From an uncultured Campylobacterales bacterium (GTDB lineage: Bacteria > Campylobacterota > Campylobacteria > Campylobacterales > CAZXTK01): a stretch of 35,086 nucleotides of DNA. Below the pieces are notes generated by a model that searched no databases, was not told the DNA's origin, and saw only the letters and a list, made by a program, of their open reading frames with translations. Where the stretch lies: positions 1 to 35,086 of the forward strand of contig CAZXTK010000004.1 of the NCBI GenBank assembly GCA_964643665.1, read 5' to 3'. A program made the translations under genes and the position numbers. Below are positions 1 to 9,523 of this stretch, in pieces (position 1 is the stretch's first letter; each line of letters begins with the position of its first letter).

Positions 1-102
1 ATGAAAGGTTATCGTTTTTTCTTCTTTTCAAGAGAAGAACTAAGACAACATATCCGTATATAATGTCAGCATGGCAAAGCAAAATTAAACCAAAGTTATT
101 GA
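1..102 (+). pseudogene. Degenerate DUF4160-family (DhiT-like toxin) fragment, possibly cut by the window edge
   Basis: Frame 1 reads MKGYRFFFFSREELRQHIRI*CQHGKAK. This resembles the DUF4160 N-terminus as I recall it (GYRFFFFSREE..HVHV...GEAKFW). In-frame TAA at 61-63 and TGA at 100-102. Confidence 0.6.
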
Positions 103-427
103 TGAATAATTTATAGCTCCATCTTCCAAAGTAGTTGCAGATATTTTGATACAACATAGTTACCCCATTATGGTTACAGAAAATTTAACTTCAGTCTTTA
201 TCGACTTTATTGAATATTAGTTGCATATCTACTAAGATTCTCAATATTGCAAACAAATACATTATCGCAGACCCAACTTATATAATGCAAGTGCTGGTAT
301 GTTTATGCCACTGCACAAAAACGCAAACTATAAAATCATTAGCCAAGATTAGGAGTAGTCACATTTATTTGGCAAGATTAAATAATTTTATAATCGCTAT
401 TTTATGAAGTAATTATGCCATCTACGC

Positions 428-533
428 ATAAACCAAACCAAGAATCATAATGAAAAATATAATTAAAGCTAAACTAAAATTAGATACAATTTATAAACCA
501 AAAGGAGAATTATAATGAAAAATATAATTAAAG
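428..533 (+). repeat. 41-bp imperfect direct repeat (428-468 and 493-533) duplicating the RBS/start region of the 515 gene
   Basis: ATAAACCAAACCAAGAATCATAATGAAAAATATAATTAAAG versus ATAAACCAAAAGGAGAATTATAATGAAAAATATAATTAAAG: 37/41 identical, 65-bp period. Confidence 0.85.
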
Positions 534-1459
534 TGTTTTTGCTAATTGTGCTTACTTCTGAGCTCTCACTGTTTGCAAAAGAGTATCATTTTGAAAAACT
601 AATCAAAAATGTATATATAATGTATGGACCATTAGAAGAGCCAAATGCTAAAAATAAAGGTTTTATGAACAACCCTGTTGCGATAATAGACAAAAAAGGC
701 ATTATTATTATAGACCCAGGTGGCTCTTTGATTGCAGGTAGAATGGTTTTAAGAGAATTAGAAAAAATAAGCAAAAAGCCAGTAATAGCAGTTTTTAATA
801 CACATATACATGGCGATCATTGGCTTGGCAATGGCGCTATAAAAGAAAAATACCCAAAAGCAGTGATTTATGCCGACCCGCTTATGATAAAGCGTGCAAA
901 AAATGGCGAAGGCGAAAAATGGGTTAAAATTATGAATAAATTAACCAATAATGTAACAAAAGATACCAAAGCAGTATATCCTACTAACTCAGCTGCCAAT
1001 TTGCAAAAAATAAAAATATCTAATCAAGTGTTTATAATTCATCATTTTAAGCCAATAGCACACACAAATACAGATATTCTAATAGAACATAAAAACTCCA
1101 ACACTATGCTTATGGGTGATACATCAATGATAAAGAGAATGGGGGATTTTAGAGGGGTTTCTAGTATTTATGGAAATATAGATGTTTTAAAGTATGCGCT
1201 CAAACAAAAAATGAGTATATATATTCCAGGACATGGGCAAGCAGGAAGCGCAAAAATTGCAATTTTGCCATATTTGAATTATTTAACCAAATTAGAGCAA
1301 ATCACCAAGCAAGGCTACAAGAATGAATTAGAAGACTACCAAGTAAAAAAAATAGCTATAAAAAAGTTAGATAGTTACAAAAATTGGCACGGGTTTTCTA
1401 AAAATATAGGCGCTCAAGTAATTAAAATGTATGCAGAAATAGAAGATAAAGATATGTAA
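515..1459 (+). CDS. Exported MBL-fold metallo-hydrolase, SoxH-like
   Basis: N-terminal signal-peptide-like segment; THIHGDHWLGN metal motif, AHT, GD and PGHG motifs; NKGFMNNP segment typical of SoxH-like proteins; AGGAG RBS at 503-507. Confidence 0.75.
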   Translation: MKNIIKVFLLIVLTSELSLFAKEYHFEKLIKNVYIMYGPLEEPNAKNKGFMNNPVAIIDKKGIIIIDPGGSLIAGRMVLRELEKISKKPVIAVFNTHIHGDHWLGNGAIKEKYPKAVIYADPLMIKRAKNGEGEKWVKIMNKLTNNVTKDTKAVYPTNSAANLQKIKISNQVFIIHHFKPIAHTNTDILIEHKNSNTMLMGDTSMIKRMGDFRGVSSIYGNIDVLKYALKQKMSIYIPGHGQAGSAKIAILPYLNYLTKLEQITKQGYKNELEDYQVKKIAIKKLDSYKNWHGFSKNIGAQVIKMYAEIEDKDM

Positions 1460-1489
1460 TGTCTATTTGTTTTTGCGGGTAAAAAATAG

Positions 1490-2509
1490 ATGTATCAAAA
1501 TGAGTTTGATGTATATCTAAACTCCAATAGGCATTTTAATACTTATATGCTGTGGGGTGATGAGCCTTATTTGATAGATCTATACACTCAAAAAATATTA
1601 AAAAATTTATGCCCAATTGAAGAAGTAAATTCAATGTATTTCAAAGAATACGATTTTGATAAAGCTTTAACCTACTTAATGAGTAATTCATTATTTAGCG
1701 ATTGCAATGTTGTTTTTATAAAAACTAACAAAGCAATACCCAAAAAAGAACTCCAATCAATGCAACAAGCCTGTAAGCAAAATAGCAATAGTTTTTTGAT
1801 TATAAATTGTTTTGATGATAAAAGCGATAAATATTTAGCAGGCAAATTAAAAACCATGTCTAATTATTTTAATGATAAGGGCAATGAAATTGATAATGTA
1901 AATATTAGGTTTTTTTCTCCAAATAGATATCAAGCATTAGAGTATTTAAAAACAGAAGCTACAAATATATCAATGGTTGCAAATGAACAATCTCTGGGGT
2001 ATTTGTTAGATGAGCTTAATGATGATATATATATGTGTGTAAATGAGCTTAAAAAATTATCCCCTTTAAACGAGCCCTTAAACAAAGAAATGATAAATAA
2101 ATATTGTTTTAATTTACACAATGTAAACACACAAGATTTTGTATTTGATTTTTTTGTAAGCGATGACAAAAACTTAATTAAGCGCAAATTGCAAGATATG
2201 CTTTTGGCTGGCTATGAGGAAGTGTTGCTAATAAATCAATTTAATTCATTTATTAGCATTTTAATAAAAATCAAACTATATACCAATGCAAAACCATTTA
2301 ATGTTAGAGCCATATGGGGCTATCCTTTGCCTTTGCAAGTGGCAAATATGCACAAAGATATTGCAAATAAATATACCCTAAATACTCTACATAAGCTTTT
2401 GAGATTTTTTTTAAAATTAGATTTAGAGTTAAAAACAACATTATCAAGCAATAAAGATAGCTATGTTGTCGTTAAATTATTAAAACTTTTTAATTTTATT
2501 AATAAATAA
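1490..2509 (+). CDS. holA: DNA polymerase III delta subunit
   Basis: MYQNEFD start, YMLWGDEPYLI, SLF, NELKKL, IWGYPLP segments; lies upstream of rpsF-ssb-rpsR as in Helicobacter. Confidence 0.85.
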   Translation: MYQNEFDVYLNSNRHFNTYMLWGDEPYLIDLYTQKILKNLCPIEEVNSMYFKEYDFDKALTYLMSNSLFSDCNVVFIKTNKAIPKKELQSMQQACKQNSNSFLIINCFDDKSDKYLAGKLKTMSNYFNDKGNEIDNVNIRFFSPNRYQALEYLKTEATNISMVANEQSLGYLLDELNDDIYMCVNELKKLSPLNEPLNKEMINKYCFNLHNVNTQDFVFDFFVSDDKNLIKRKLQDMLLAGYEEVLLINQFNSFISILIKIKLYTNAKPFNVRAIWGYPLPLQVANMHKDIANKYTLNTLHKLLRFFLKLDLELKTTLSSNKDSYVVVKLLKLFNFINK

Positions 2510-2572
2510 CAAATTCTTAATTATTATTAGAATATATAAGCAAACTTATGCAATAATGTCGCTTACAAAAAA

Positions 2573-2604
2573 CCTTGCTTGATTTTTGAGCAAACCCAAA
2601 AGGA
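2573..2604 (+). promoter_or_regulatory. Putative S6:S18 ribosomal-protein autoregulatory leader
   Basis: CCTTGCTTGATTTTTGAGCAAACCCAAAAGGA: inner hairpin, an unpaired CCC, and a 5' CCT able to pair with the SD AGG, directly upstream of rpsF. Confidence 0.55.
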
Positions 2605-2609
2605 TGAAA

Positions 2610-3077
2610 ATGCAAAATATAAAAAGAGAACGATGTTATGAGACTATGTTTATTATTAAACAATCTCTAAGTAAAGAAGAAATACAAAATAAAATTACAA
2701 TTATAAAAGATAATATTGAAAAAAATAATGGTGTGATTGTAAGTGAAGTTGATATGGGAATGAGAACTTTGGCATATCCAATCAATAAAGACAACAAAGG
2801 GTATTATTACCTAATTTATTTTAAAATAGATAGCAAAAACATAGAAGAGCTTAATAGGCTTAATAGAATAGATGAAGATCTTATTAGATTTATTTTTATT
2901 AAATATGAAACAAAAGGTGAAATAGAGCATTGGAATACAAGAAGTGAAATGGCAAAAAAAGGTCAAATAGAGATTAAGCCTCCAAAAAAAGAGCAAAAAA
3001 AAGAAGTTTCAAAACCATATGCAAATAAAGGCGAAAGTAAAGATGCTCAACCTGAGCAAGCACAAGAAGTAAAATAA
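2610..3077 (+). CDS. rpsF: 30S ribosomal protein S6
   Basis: YETMFII, MGMRTLAYPI, GYYYLIYF and RIDEDLIRF motifs. Start moved from the ORF-track 2586 to ATG 2610, which follows the SD AAGGA at 2600-2604. Confidence 0.95.
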   Translation: MQNIKRERCYETMFIIKQSLSKEEIQNKITIIKDNIEKNNGVIVSEVDMGMRTLAYPINKDNKGYYYLIYFKIDSKNIEELNRLNRIDEDLIRFIFIKYETKGEIEHWNTRSEMAKKGQIEIKPPKKEQKKEVSKPYANKGESKDAQPEQAQEVK

Positions 3078-3078
3078 A

Positions 3079-3534
3079 ATGTATAACAAAGTAATAATGA
3101 TAGGTCATCTCACAAGAGATATAGAGCTAAGACATATACCAAGTGGCACAGCTATAGCTAACAGCTCTATTGCTACAAGTTATAAATATGGCGATAGGGA
3201 AGAGACTTGTTTTTTAGATTTTAGTTCTTTTGGCAAGCCAGCTGAAATTATGCACCAATATTTGAAAAAAGGTAGCAAAGTTATGCTTGAAGGAAGGCTT
3301 ATCCTTGAGCAATGGGATGACAAAAATACAGGCACGAAAAGAAGCAGGCACACATTAAGAGTAGAGAATTTTAAATTTTTAGACAACAAAGGTGGGAGCA
3401 ACCCACAAGAGCATTCTAATACCTCTACTCCTCAAAATACTTATGAGCAGCACAAACCCAATACTGCTCCTCAAGAACCAAAAAAAGAAGAGTTGCCATC
3501 AATAGATATTGATGATGATGAAATACCATTTTAG
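3079..3534 (+). CDS. ssb: Single-stranded DNA-binding protein
   Basis: MYNKVIMIGHLTRDIELR N-terminus; acidic DDDEIPF C-terminus; position between rpsF and rpsR. Confidence 0.98.
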   Translation: MYNKVIMIGHLTRDIELRHIPSGTAIANSSIATSYKYGDREETCFLDFSSFGKPAEIMHQYLKKGSKVMLEGRLILEQWDDKNTGTKRSRHTLRVENFKFLDNKGGSNPQEHSNTSTPQNTYEQHKPNTAPQEPKKEELPSIDIDDDEIPF

Positions 3535-3569
3535 ACATTAAATAAAATATACACACAAAGGATAATATA

Positions 3570-3866
3570 ATGGAAACAAAAACAATACCTACAAAAAAAT
3601 ACACAAAAAAATACACAAAAAAATATTGCAAATATAGTGCAATGAAAATAGGCACAATAGACTACAAAGATTTAGGTTTAATATCAATGAGTATGAGTGA
3701 GAGAGGCAAAATAATGCCAAGAAGACTAACAGGCACTTCTAAAAAATATCAAGAGCAAGTATCAAAAGCAATCAAAAGAGCAAGAGCCATGGCTCTTATT
3801 CCTTATATTGTAGATAGAAAACAAGTAACATCTGCTGCTTTTAACATAAATAAATCACATAAATAA
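3570..3866 (+). CDS. rpsR: 30S ribosomal protein S18
   Basis: [20 protein letters not shown] and [13 protein letters not shown] motifs. Confidence 0.98.
   Translation: METKTIPTKKYTKKYTKKYCKYSAMKIGTIDYKDLGLISMSMSERGKIMPRRLTGTSKKYQEQVSKAIKRARAMALIPYIVDRKQVTSAAFNINKSHK
3591..3626 (+). repeat. In-frame 12-bp tandem repeat, three copies (TKKY x3), in the rpsR 5' end
   Basis: ACAAAAAAATAC-ACAAAAAAATAC-ACAAAAAAATAT. Confidence 0.85.
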
Positions 3867-3885
3867 GTCAAAAACAAGCAATTAA

Positions 3886-4917
<1,032 letters not shown>

Positions 4918-4974
4918 TCTTATATTTTAAATTTTTTCTTTAATTGCCAATCTATGCTTTTAGGGTAGATAATA

Positions 4975-4996
4975 AATAAGCCCTTAAAGGTTTATT
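4975..4996 (+). terminator. Possible hairpin downstream of ilvC
   Basis: AATAAGCC-CTTAAA-GGTTTATT stem with one G-U pair; no clear U tract. Confidence 0.25.
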
Positions 4997-5029
4997 GCAA
5001 AACATCAAAATAAACACAATTAAAACAAA

Positions 5030-5836
5030 TTGAATAAACTCCCAAAAACACATAGACTCATCAGCCATATAAAAGAGCTTGATGCTATGAAAAAATATCC
5101 AAAAGAGCTTTATTATATGGGCAATTTGGATCTTTTAAATAAACCAAAAATATCTATTGTCGGCACAAGAAAGCCAAGCCAATATACTAAAAATGCAATA
5201 GCATCTATAAGCTCATCTCTTAGCAATAGCGGAGTATGCATTGTAAGTGGTGGGGCAATGGGTGTAGATGCTATCGCTTCTTTAAATGCAGGTGCTAATA
5301 ATACTATTGTAGTTTTAGCATCCTCGCTTGATTATTTATATCCTGCAACGAATAAAAAACTACTCGCTCAAATTGCAAATGAAGGGCTAATTATTAGCCA
5401 GTTTGATATAAATCATAAGCCTCGTGCATATGATTTTGTAGCCAGAAATGAAATTGTAGTAGCCTTAGGCGAGGCTTTAATTGTCGGCGAAGCAGATCGT
5501 AAAAGCGGAACATTACATTCTGCATCGTATGCATTAAATATGCAAAAAGATATATATGCCCTGACTCATAGATTAAACGAGAGCAAAGGAACAAATGATC
5601 TTTTAGCAGACAATAAGGCTAAAGCAATTTATGATATAGATAATTTTATATCTAATATCTGCTTTATGTTTGGTATCAAAGATAAATCAAATAAAAAAAT
5701 AAATAGCATAGATGAGTTTTTTAAAACCACTCCAAGCTATGAAGATGCCCTTTTAAAATACCCAAATGAAGTTTTAGAATATGAAATGCAAGGCAAGATA
5801 AAAATACAAAACAATTGCATAATTTATCTAAAATAA
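5030..5836 (+). CDS. dprA: DNA-processing protein DprA
   Basis: SIVGTRK, IVSGGAMGVD, FVARNEIV and SGTLHSA motifs; ilvC-dprA neighbourhood as in Campylobacter. The TTG start is uncertain. Confidence 0.93.
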   Translation: MNKLPKTHRLISHIKELDAMKKYPKELYYMGNLDLLNKPKISIVGTRKPSQYTKNAIASISSSLSNSGVCIVSGGAMGVDAIASLNAGANNTIVVLASSLDYLYPATNKKLLAQIANEGLIISQFDINHKPRAYDFVARNEIVVALGEALIVGEADRKSGTLHSASYALNMQKDIYALTHRLNESKGTNDLLADNKAKAIYDIDNFISNICFMFGIKDKSNKKINSIDEFFKTTPSYEDALLKYPNEVLEYEMQGKIKIQNNCIIYLK

Positions 5837-5869
5837 GATATTATTGCATACAATTAAAAGGGATAAAGA

Positions 5870-6826
5870 GTGTTTGAGAATTTAGGAAACTTCGTTGCTT
5901 ATGATATTTTAGCTCTAAATCAAGATGCGCAAATTGGTAGCGTAGTTCAGTTTTTTGTAATGGATATTGCAAAAATATTTTTTATGTTAGCTATTATTAT
6001 CTACTTTATGGGGTTACTTAGGTTTAATATATCGCCTGAAAAGGTTAGAGATTATTTAAAAGGCAAATCAAAATTTGTATCTCAGATTTTAGCCATTATT
6101 TTAGGCTCTGTTACGCCTTTTTGCTCTTGCTCTTCTATACCTTTGTTTTTGGGGTTTTTAAGAGCGGGCATACCGCTTTGTGTGGTTTTTACTTTTTTGA
6201 TAGCAAGCCCTATGATAAATGAAATTGCCGTTATTATTTTATTTGGTATTGTTGGTTTTAAAGCGACAATAATGTTTGTTTTAGCAGGAGCTACCATAGC
6301 GTTTTTTGGTGGTATTATTATGCAAAAAGCCGGAGTTGAGAAATATATTCTAAACTACGAAGCTATCAAAAATGCAAAACCAATACGCAGTGCAAGCCCG
6401 CAAGAAAAAGCAAGCTTTGGTGTTATGCATAATTATGCAATAAATGAATCTAAACAAATAATAAAAGATATATACAAATGGGTGTTTTTGGGTGTTGGAG
6501 TTGGTGCATTGTTTCATGGATATTTTCCTAATGATTGGGCAACTAGCCTTAGTAGTGATAATATATTTGCAGTTCCTATGGCAGTAGCCGTTGGTGTGCC
6601 TCTTTATTCTGATGAAGTTGGTATAATACCATTAGTAGAGGCCATGCTTTTAAAAGGTGTTGCCACTGGAACAACTTTGGCGTTTATGATGAGTGTAGCA
6701 GCAATATCACTGCCAGAGCTGATGATTTTAAAACAAGCAATGCATTGGAAGGCTTTGGCTTTGTTTGTTGCCATAGTGTCAATTTCTATAATGATTGTAG
6801 GCGTATTGTTTAATTTATTTCTATAA
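5870..6826 (+). CDS. DUF318/ArsP-family permease
   Basis: Multiple hydrophobic segments; TPFCSCSSIPLF, ASPMINE, GVPLYS and SLPELMILK signatures. Confidence 0.85.
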   Translation: MFENLGNFVAYDILALNQDAQIGSVVQFFVMDIAKIFFMLAIIIYFMGLLRFNISPEKVRDYLKGKSKFVSQILAIILGSVTPFCSCSSIPLFLGFLRAGIPLCVVFTFLIASPMINEIAVIILFGIVGFKATIMFVLAGATIAFFGGIIMQKAGVEKYILNYEAIKNAKPIRSASPQEKASFGVMHNYAINESKQIIKDIYKWVFLGVGVGALFHGYFPNDWATSLSSDNIFAVPMAVAVGVPLYSDEVGIIPLVEAMLLKGVATGTTLAFMMSVAAISLPELMILKQAMHWKALALFVAIVSISIMIVGVLFNLFL

Positions 6827-6838
6827 GAGGAGAGTGAA

Positions 6839-7075
6839 ATGGATATCAAAGTATTAGGAACGGGCTGTAAAGGTTGCACAAAAACATATGAGCTTTTAGA
6901 GTCAATTTGCAAAGAGTTAAATATTGATGCAAATTTGCAAAAAGTGCAAGATGCAATGGAGATTATGGACTTAGGCGTTATGTCAACTCCAGCTGTTATT
7001 ATAGATGACGAGATTGTTCATAGTGGTGGCACACCAGATGAAAGCACTATTAGATTGTGGCTTGAGAACAAATAA
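6839..7075 (+). CDS. Small thioredoxin-family redox-active disulfide protein (MTH895-like)
   Basis: IKVLGTGCKGC (CxxC) and GVMSTPAVIID motifs; usual partner of DUF318 permeases; GAGGAG RBS. Confidence 0.9.
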   Translation: MDIKVLGTGCKGCTKTYELLESICKELNIDANLQKVQDAMEIMDLGVMSTPAVIIDDEIVHSGGTPDESTIRLWLENK

Positions 7076-7109
7076 CACTTATAGCGAGCAAGAGTATAGT
7101 AGAGGCATT

Positions 7110-7865
7110 ATGCAAAATAAACAAACAGCTACAACAAAAGAGAATAATAAGCCAAAATCTCTATGGTGGCAGATTAAAAATGATTTTAGATGTGTCAAAA
7201 AAGATGACCCATCATTTGAGTCTAAATTTGAGTTTTTGTTCAATCACCCAGGTGTTTTAGCTATTGTTACTTATAGAATATCTAATAGAATATACAACAG
7301 GGGTTTTAGAATTATTGCAAGAATGTTAAGTGGCATTGTGCAAATAATCACCAATATAGATATACATCCAGCTTGTAGCATTGGCAATTGTGTGTTTATA
7401 GACCATGGTTTTGGTGTGGTTATAGGGCAAACTGCAATTATAGAAGACAATGTTTTAATTTATCAAGGTGCCACATTAGGTGGGGTTAGCCTAAACAAAG
7501 GCAAAAGACACCCAACAATAAAAAATGGATGCGTAATAGGGGCCGGAGCAAAAGTTTTAGGAAATATTACAATTGGCGAAAACTCTAAAATAGGAGCCAA
7601 TTCTGTAGTTATCAAAGATGTCCCACCACACTCAACTGCTGTTGGAGTTCCTGCGCGGATTGTAGTTAGAAAAAATAAGAGAGTAAATCAATTTGATCAT
7701 AATAAATTACCTGATGTTGACAAAGAATCATTTATGCAAATAATACAAGAGTTAAATGCAATCAAAAAAGACCTAAAAGAAAATAATATTACACTAAAAC
7801 ACTCATCAATAAATGCCAAATATAATTATAGTGATAACACAATGACTAGCAAAAAGAAGGGATAA
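7110..7865 (+). CDS. cysE: Serine O-acetyltransferase
   Basis: IDIHPA, FIDHGFGVVIGQTA, KRHPTI and hexapeptide repeats. Start moved to ATG 7110 (GAGG upstream), which removes the overlap with the thioredoxin gene. Confidence 0.95.
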   Translation: MQNKQTATTKENNKPKSLWWQIKNDFRCVKKDDPSFESKFEFLFNHPGVLAIVTYRISNRIYNRGFRIIARMLSGIVQIITNIDIHPACSIGNCVFIDHGFGVVIGQTAIIEDNVLIYQGATLGGVSLNKGKRHPTIKNGCVIGAGAKVLGNITIGENSKIGANSVVIKDVPPHSTAVGVPARIVVRKNKRVNQFDHNKLPDVDKESFMQIIQELNAIKKDLKENNITLKHSSINAKYNYSDNTMTSKKKG

Positions 7866-7870
7866 ATTTT

Positions 7871-8635
7871 ATGGAAGTTATTTTATTATCATCAATAGGT
7901 GTTTTGGTAGGGCTTCTTAGTGGCTTTATGGGAATAGGGGGTGGTATTTTGCTAACCCCTTTGCTTTTGCTGTTGGATTATACATTTAAAAGCGCTATTG
8001 GTATAGCTGTTTTTCAAATGTTTTTAGCATCTGTGTATGGCACTTATTTGCATTTTAAAAAGTATGATGATATTTTAAAAGTGTTGGCAATTATTGGTGT
8101 TGGTGGTTTTATCGGTGGTAACTTAGGTGCTTATAGCATTATGTTTATACCAACAATTTATCTCAAAATGCTATTTATGGGCATATTACTTTATTCTATT
8201 TATTCGCTAATAACAAAAAGAGAAAACAATGATGATCAAAAGCTACCACAACGAGAGATAAAGAGTATTTTTATATATTTGATTATATTTTTCTTTGGTA
8301 TGTTTGTTGGGGCTTTGGGCGCTTCTATTGGTGTTGGCGGAGGATTGTTGATTATTCCTTTTGCTCATTTGTATTTGAGATATGATCTAAAAAAATCATC
8401 CACACTCTCTTTGGCCTTTATAATGTTTGGCTCACTTGGTGGGGTTATATCTCACTATCAAATAGGAAACATAGAGCTATACGAGGCTAGCATAATAACC
8501 ATAGGCTCGTTAGTTGGCGTTTATGTAGGTTTAAAGCTAAAAGACATAGTGCATATTGACTCTTATAAAAACTATTTATTAATTTTAAATATTATAATAT
8601 TGTGCATTATTTCTTATAAAACATTTTATAATTAG
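7871..8635 (+). CDS. TauE/SafE (TSUP) sulfite-exporter family membrane protein
   Basis: Two repeats of the G-x-G-G-G motif (GFMGIGGGILLTP and SIGVGGGLLIIP); hydrophobic throughout. Confidence 0.85.
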   Translation: MEVILLSSIGVLVGLLSGFMGIGGGILLTPLLLLLDYTFKSAIGIAVFQMFLASVYGTYLHFKKYDDILKVLAIIGVGGFIGGNLGAYSIMFIPTIYLKMLFMGILLYSIYSLITKRENNDDQKLPQREIKSIFIYLIIFFFGMFVGALGASIGVGGGLLIIPFAHLYLRYDLKKSSTLSLAFIMFGSLGGVISHYQIGNIELYEASIITIGSLVGVYVGLKLKDIVHIDSYKNYLLILNIIILCIISYKTFYN

Positions 8636-8644
8636 TTTGCCTAT

Positions 8645-9475
8645 ATGACTTACAAGCAAGTTGTGTGCAAATATTCCAAAAAAATAGCACACGCTACCTC
8701 TTCATCTCAAAAAGAGATTATTAATTATTTAGCTTTTATATCAAAAACTGATAATACCAATATTTTAAAAAACTACGATGATGAGATAGAAGATAAAAAT
8801 ATAATAAAAAAAATCAAAAAATTTGCCCAAAAAAGAGCAAAGCATTTCCCATATGAATACATTACAAAAGAGGTGTTTTTTTATGAATATAATTTTTGCA
8901 TAAAAAAAGGTGTGCTAATACCAAGAAGCGAGAGTGAAATACTTTTAGGGTTAGCAGTGGATATTATAAAAAAGCACGATCTAAACAATGCAATAGATAT
9001 GTGTTGTGGTAGCGGAATATTGGGGATTTGTCTAAAAAAACAAATAAAACATCTAAATACAACTCTTAGTGATATAAGCAAAAAAGCTATTAAGCTTAGT
9101 GTAAAAAATGCTTGTAATTTGCAAGTTGGTGATGATGTTAGGATAATCAAAAGCGATTTATTTGATGGTATAGATGAGAGCATAAGCTTTGATATATGCA
9201 TATCTAACCCACCTTACATAAAAGATGACTATGCATTGCCCAAAAATGTTCAATATGAGCCAAAATTAGCATTATTTGGTGGCAATGATGGATGTGATAT
9301 TATTTTTGCTCTAATAAAACAATGCCAAAAAAGAAATATTAGATTTTTGCTATGCGAGATTGGTTATGATCAAAAAGAGCTGGTAAATGATTTTGTGAAA
9401 GACATAAGCCATAAAAGCATTAGTTTTTATAAAGATTATAGTGGGTTTGATAGGGGCTTTATTTTAGAGTTTTAG
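8645..9475 (+). CDS. prmC: Release-factor glutamine N5-methyltransferase
   Basis: GVLIPRSESE, DMCCGSG SAM motif, SNPPY and EPKLALFGG motifs. Confidence 0.93.
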   Translation: MTYKQVVCKYSKKIAHATSSSQKEIINYLAFISKTDNTNILKNYDDEIEDKNIIKKIKKFAQKRAKHFPYEYITKEVFFYEYNFCIKKGVLIPRSESEILLGLAVDIIKKHDLNNAIDMCCGSGILGICLKKQIKHLNTTLSDISKKAIKLSVKNACNLQVGDDVRIIKSDLFDGIDESISFDICISNPPYIKDDYALPKNVQYEPKLALFGGNDGCDIIFALIKQCQKRNIRFLLCEIGYDQKELVNDFVKDISHKSISFYKDYSGFDRGFILEF

Positions 9476-9523
9476 CAATTTTACATTAGAGTGTTCTTAT
9501 TGCTTTTTGGGTATGATTATTGT

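Noticed and set aside
210-407. 65-aa ORF from the track
   Set aside because: TTG start, no RBS and no recognisable motif; probably chance within decayed DNA.
515-1459. Metallo-beta-lactamase antibiotic-resistance gene
   Set aside because: The HxHxDH motif marks the broad MBL superfamily; the remaining motifs fit SoxH-like hydrolases, not class B beta-lactamases.
7005-7109. Long N-terminal extensions of cysE (likewise rseP 29515-29631, hisC 9491-9523, rpsF 2586-2609)
   Set aside because: Artefacts of longest-ORF calling; downstream ATGs fit the RBS position or the family N-terminus better.
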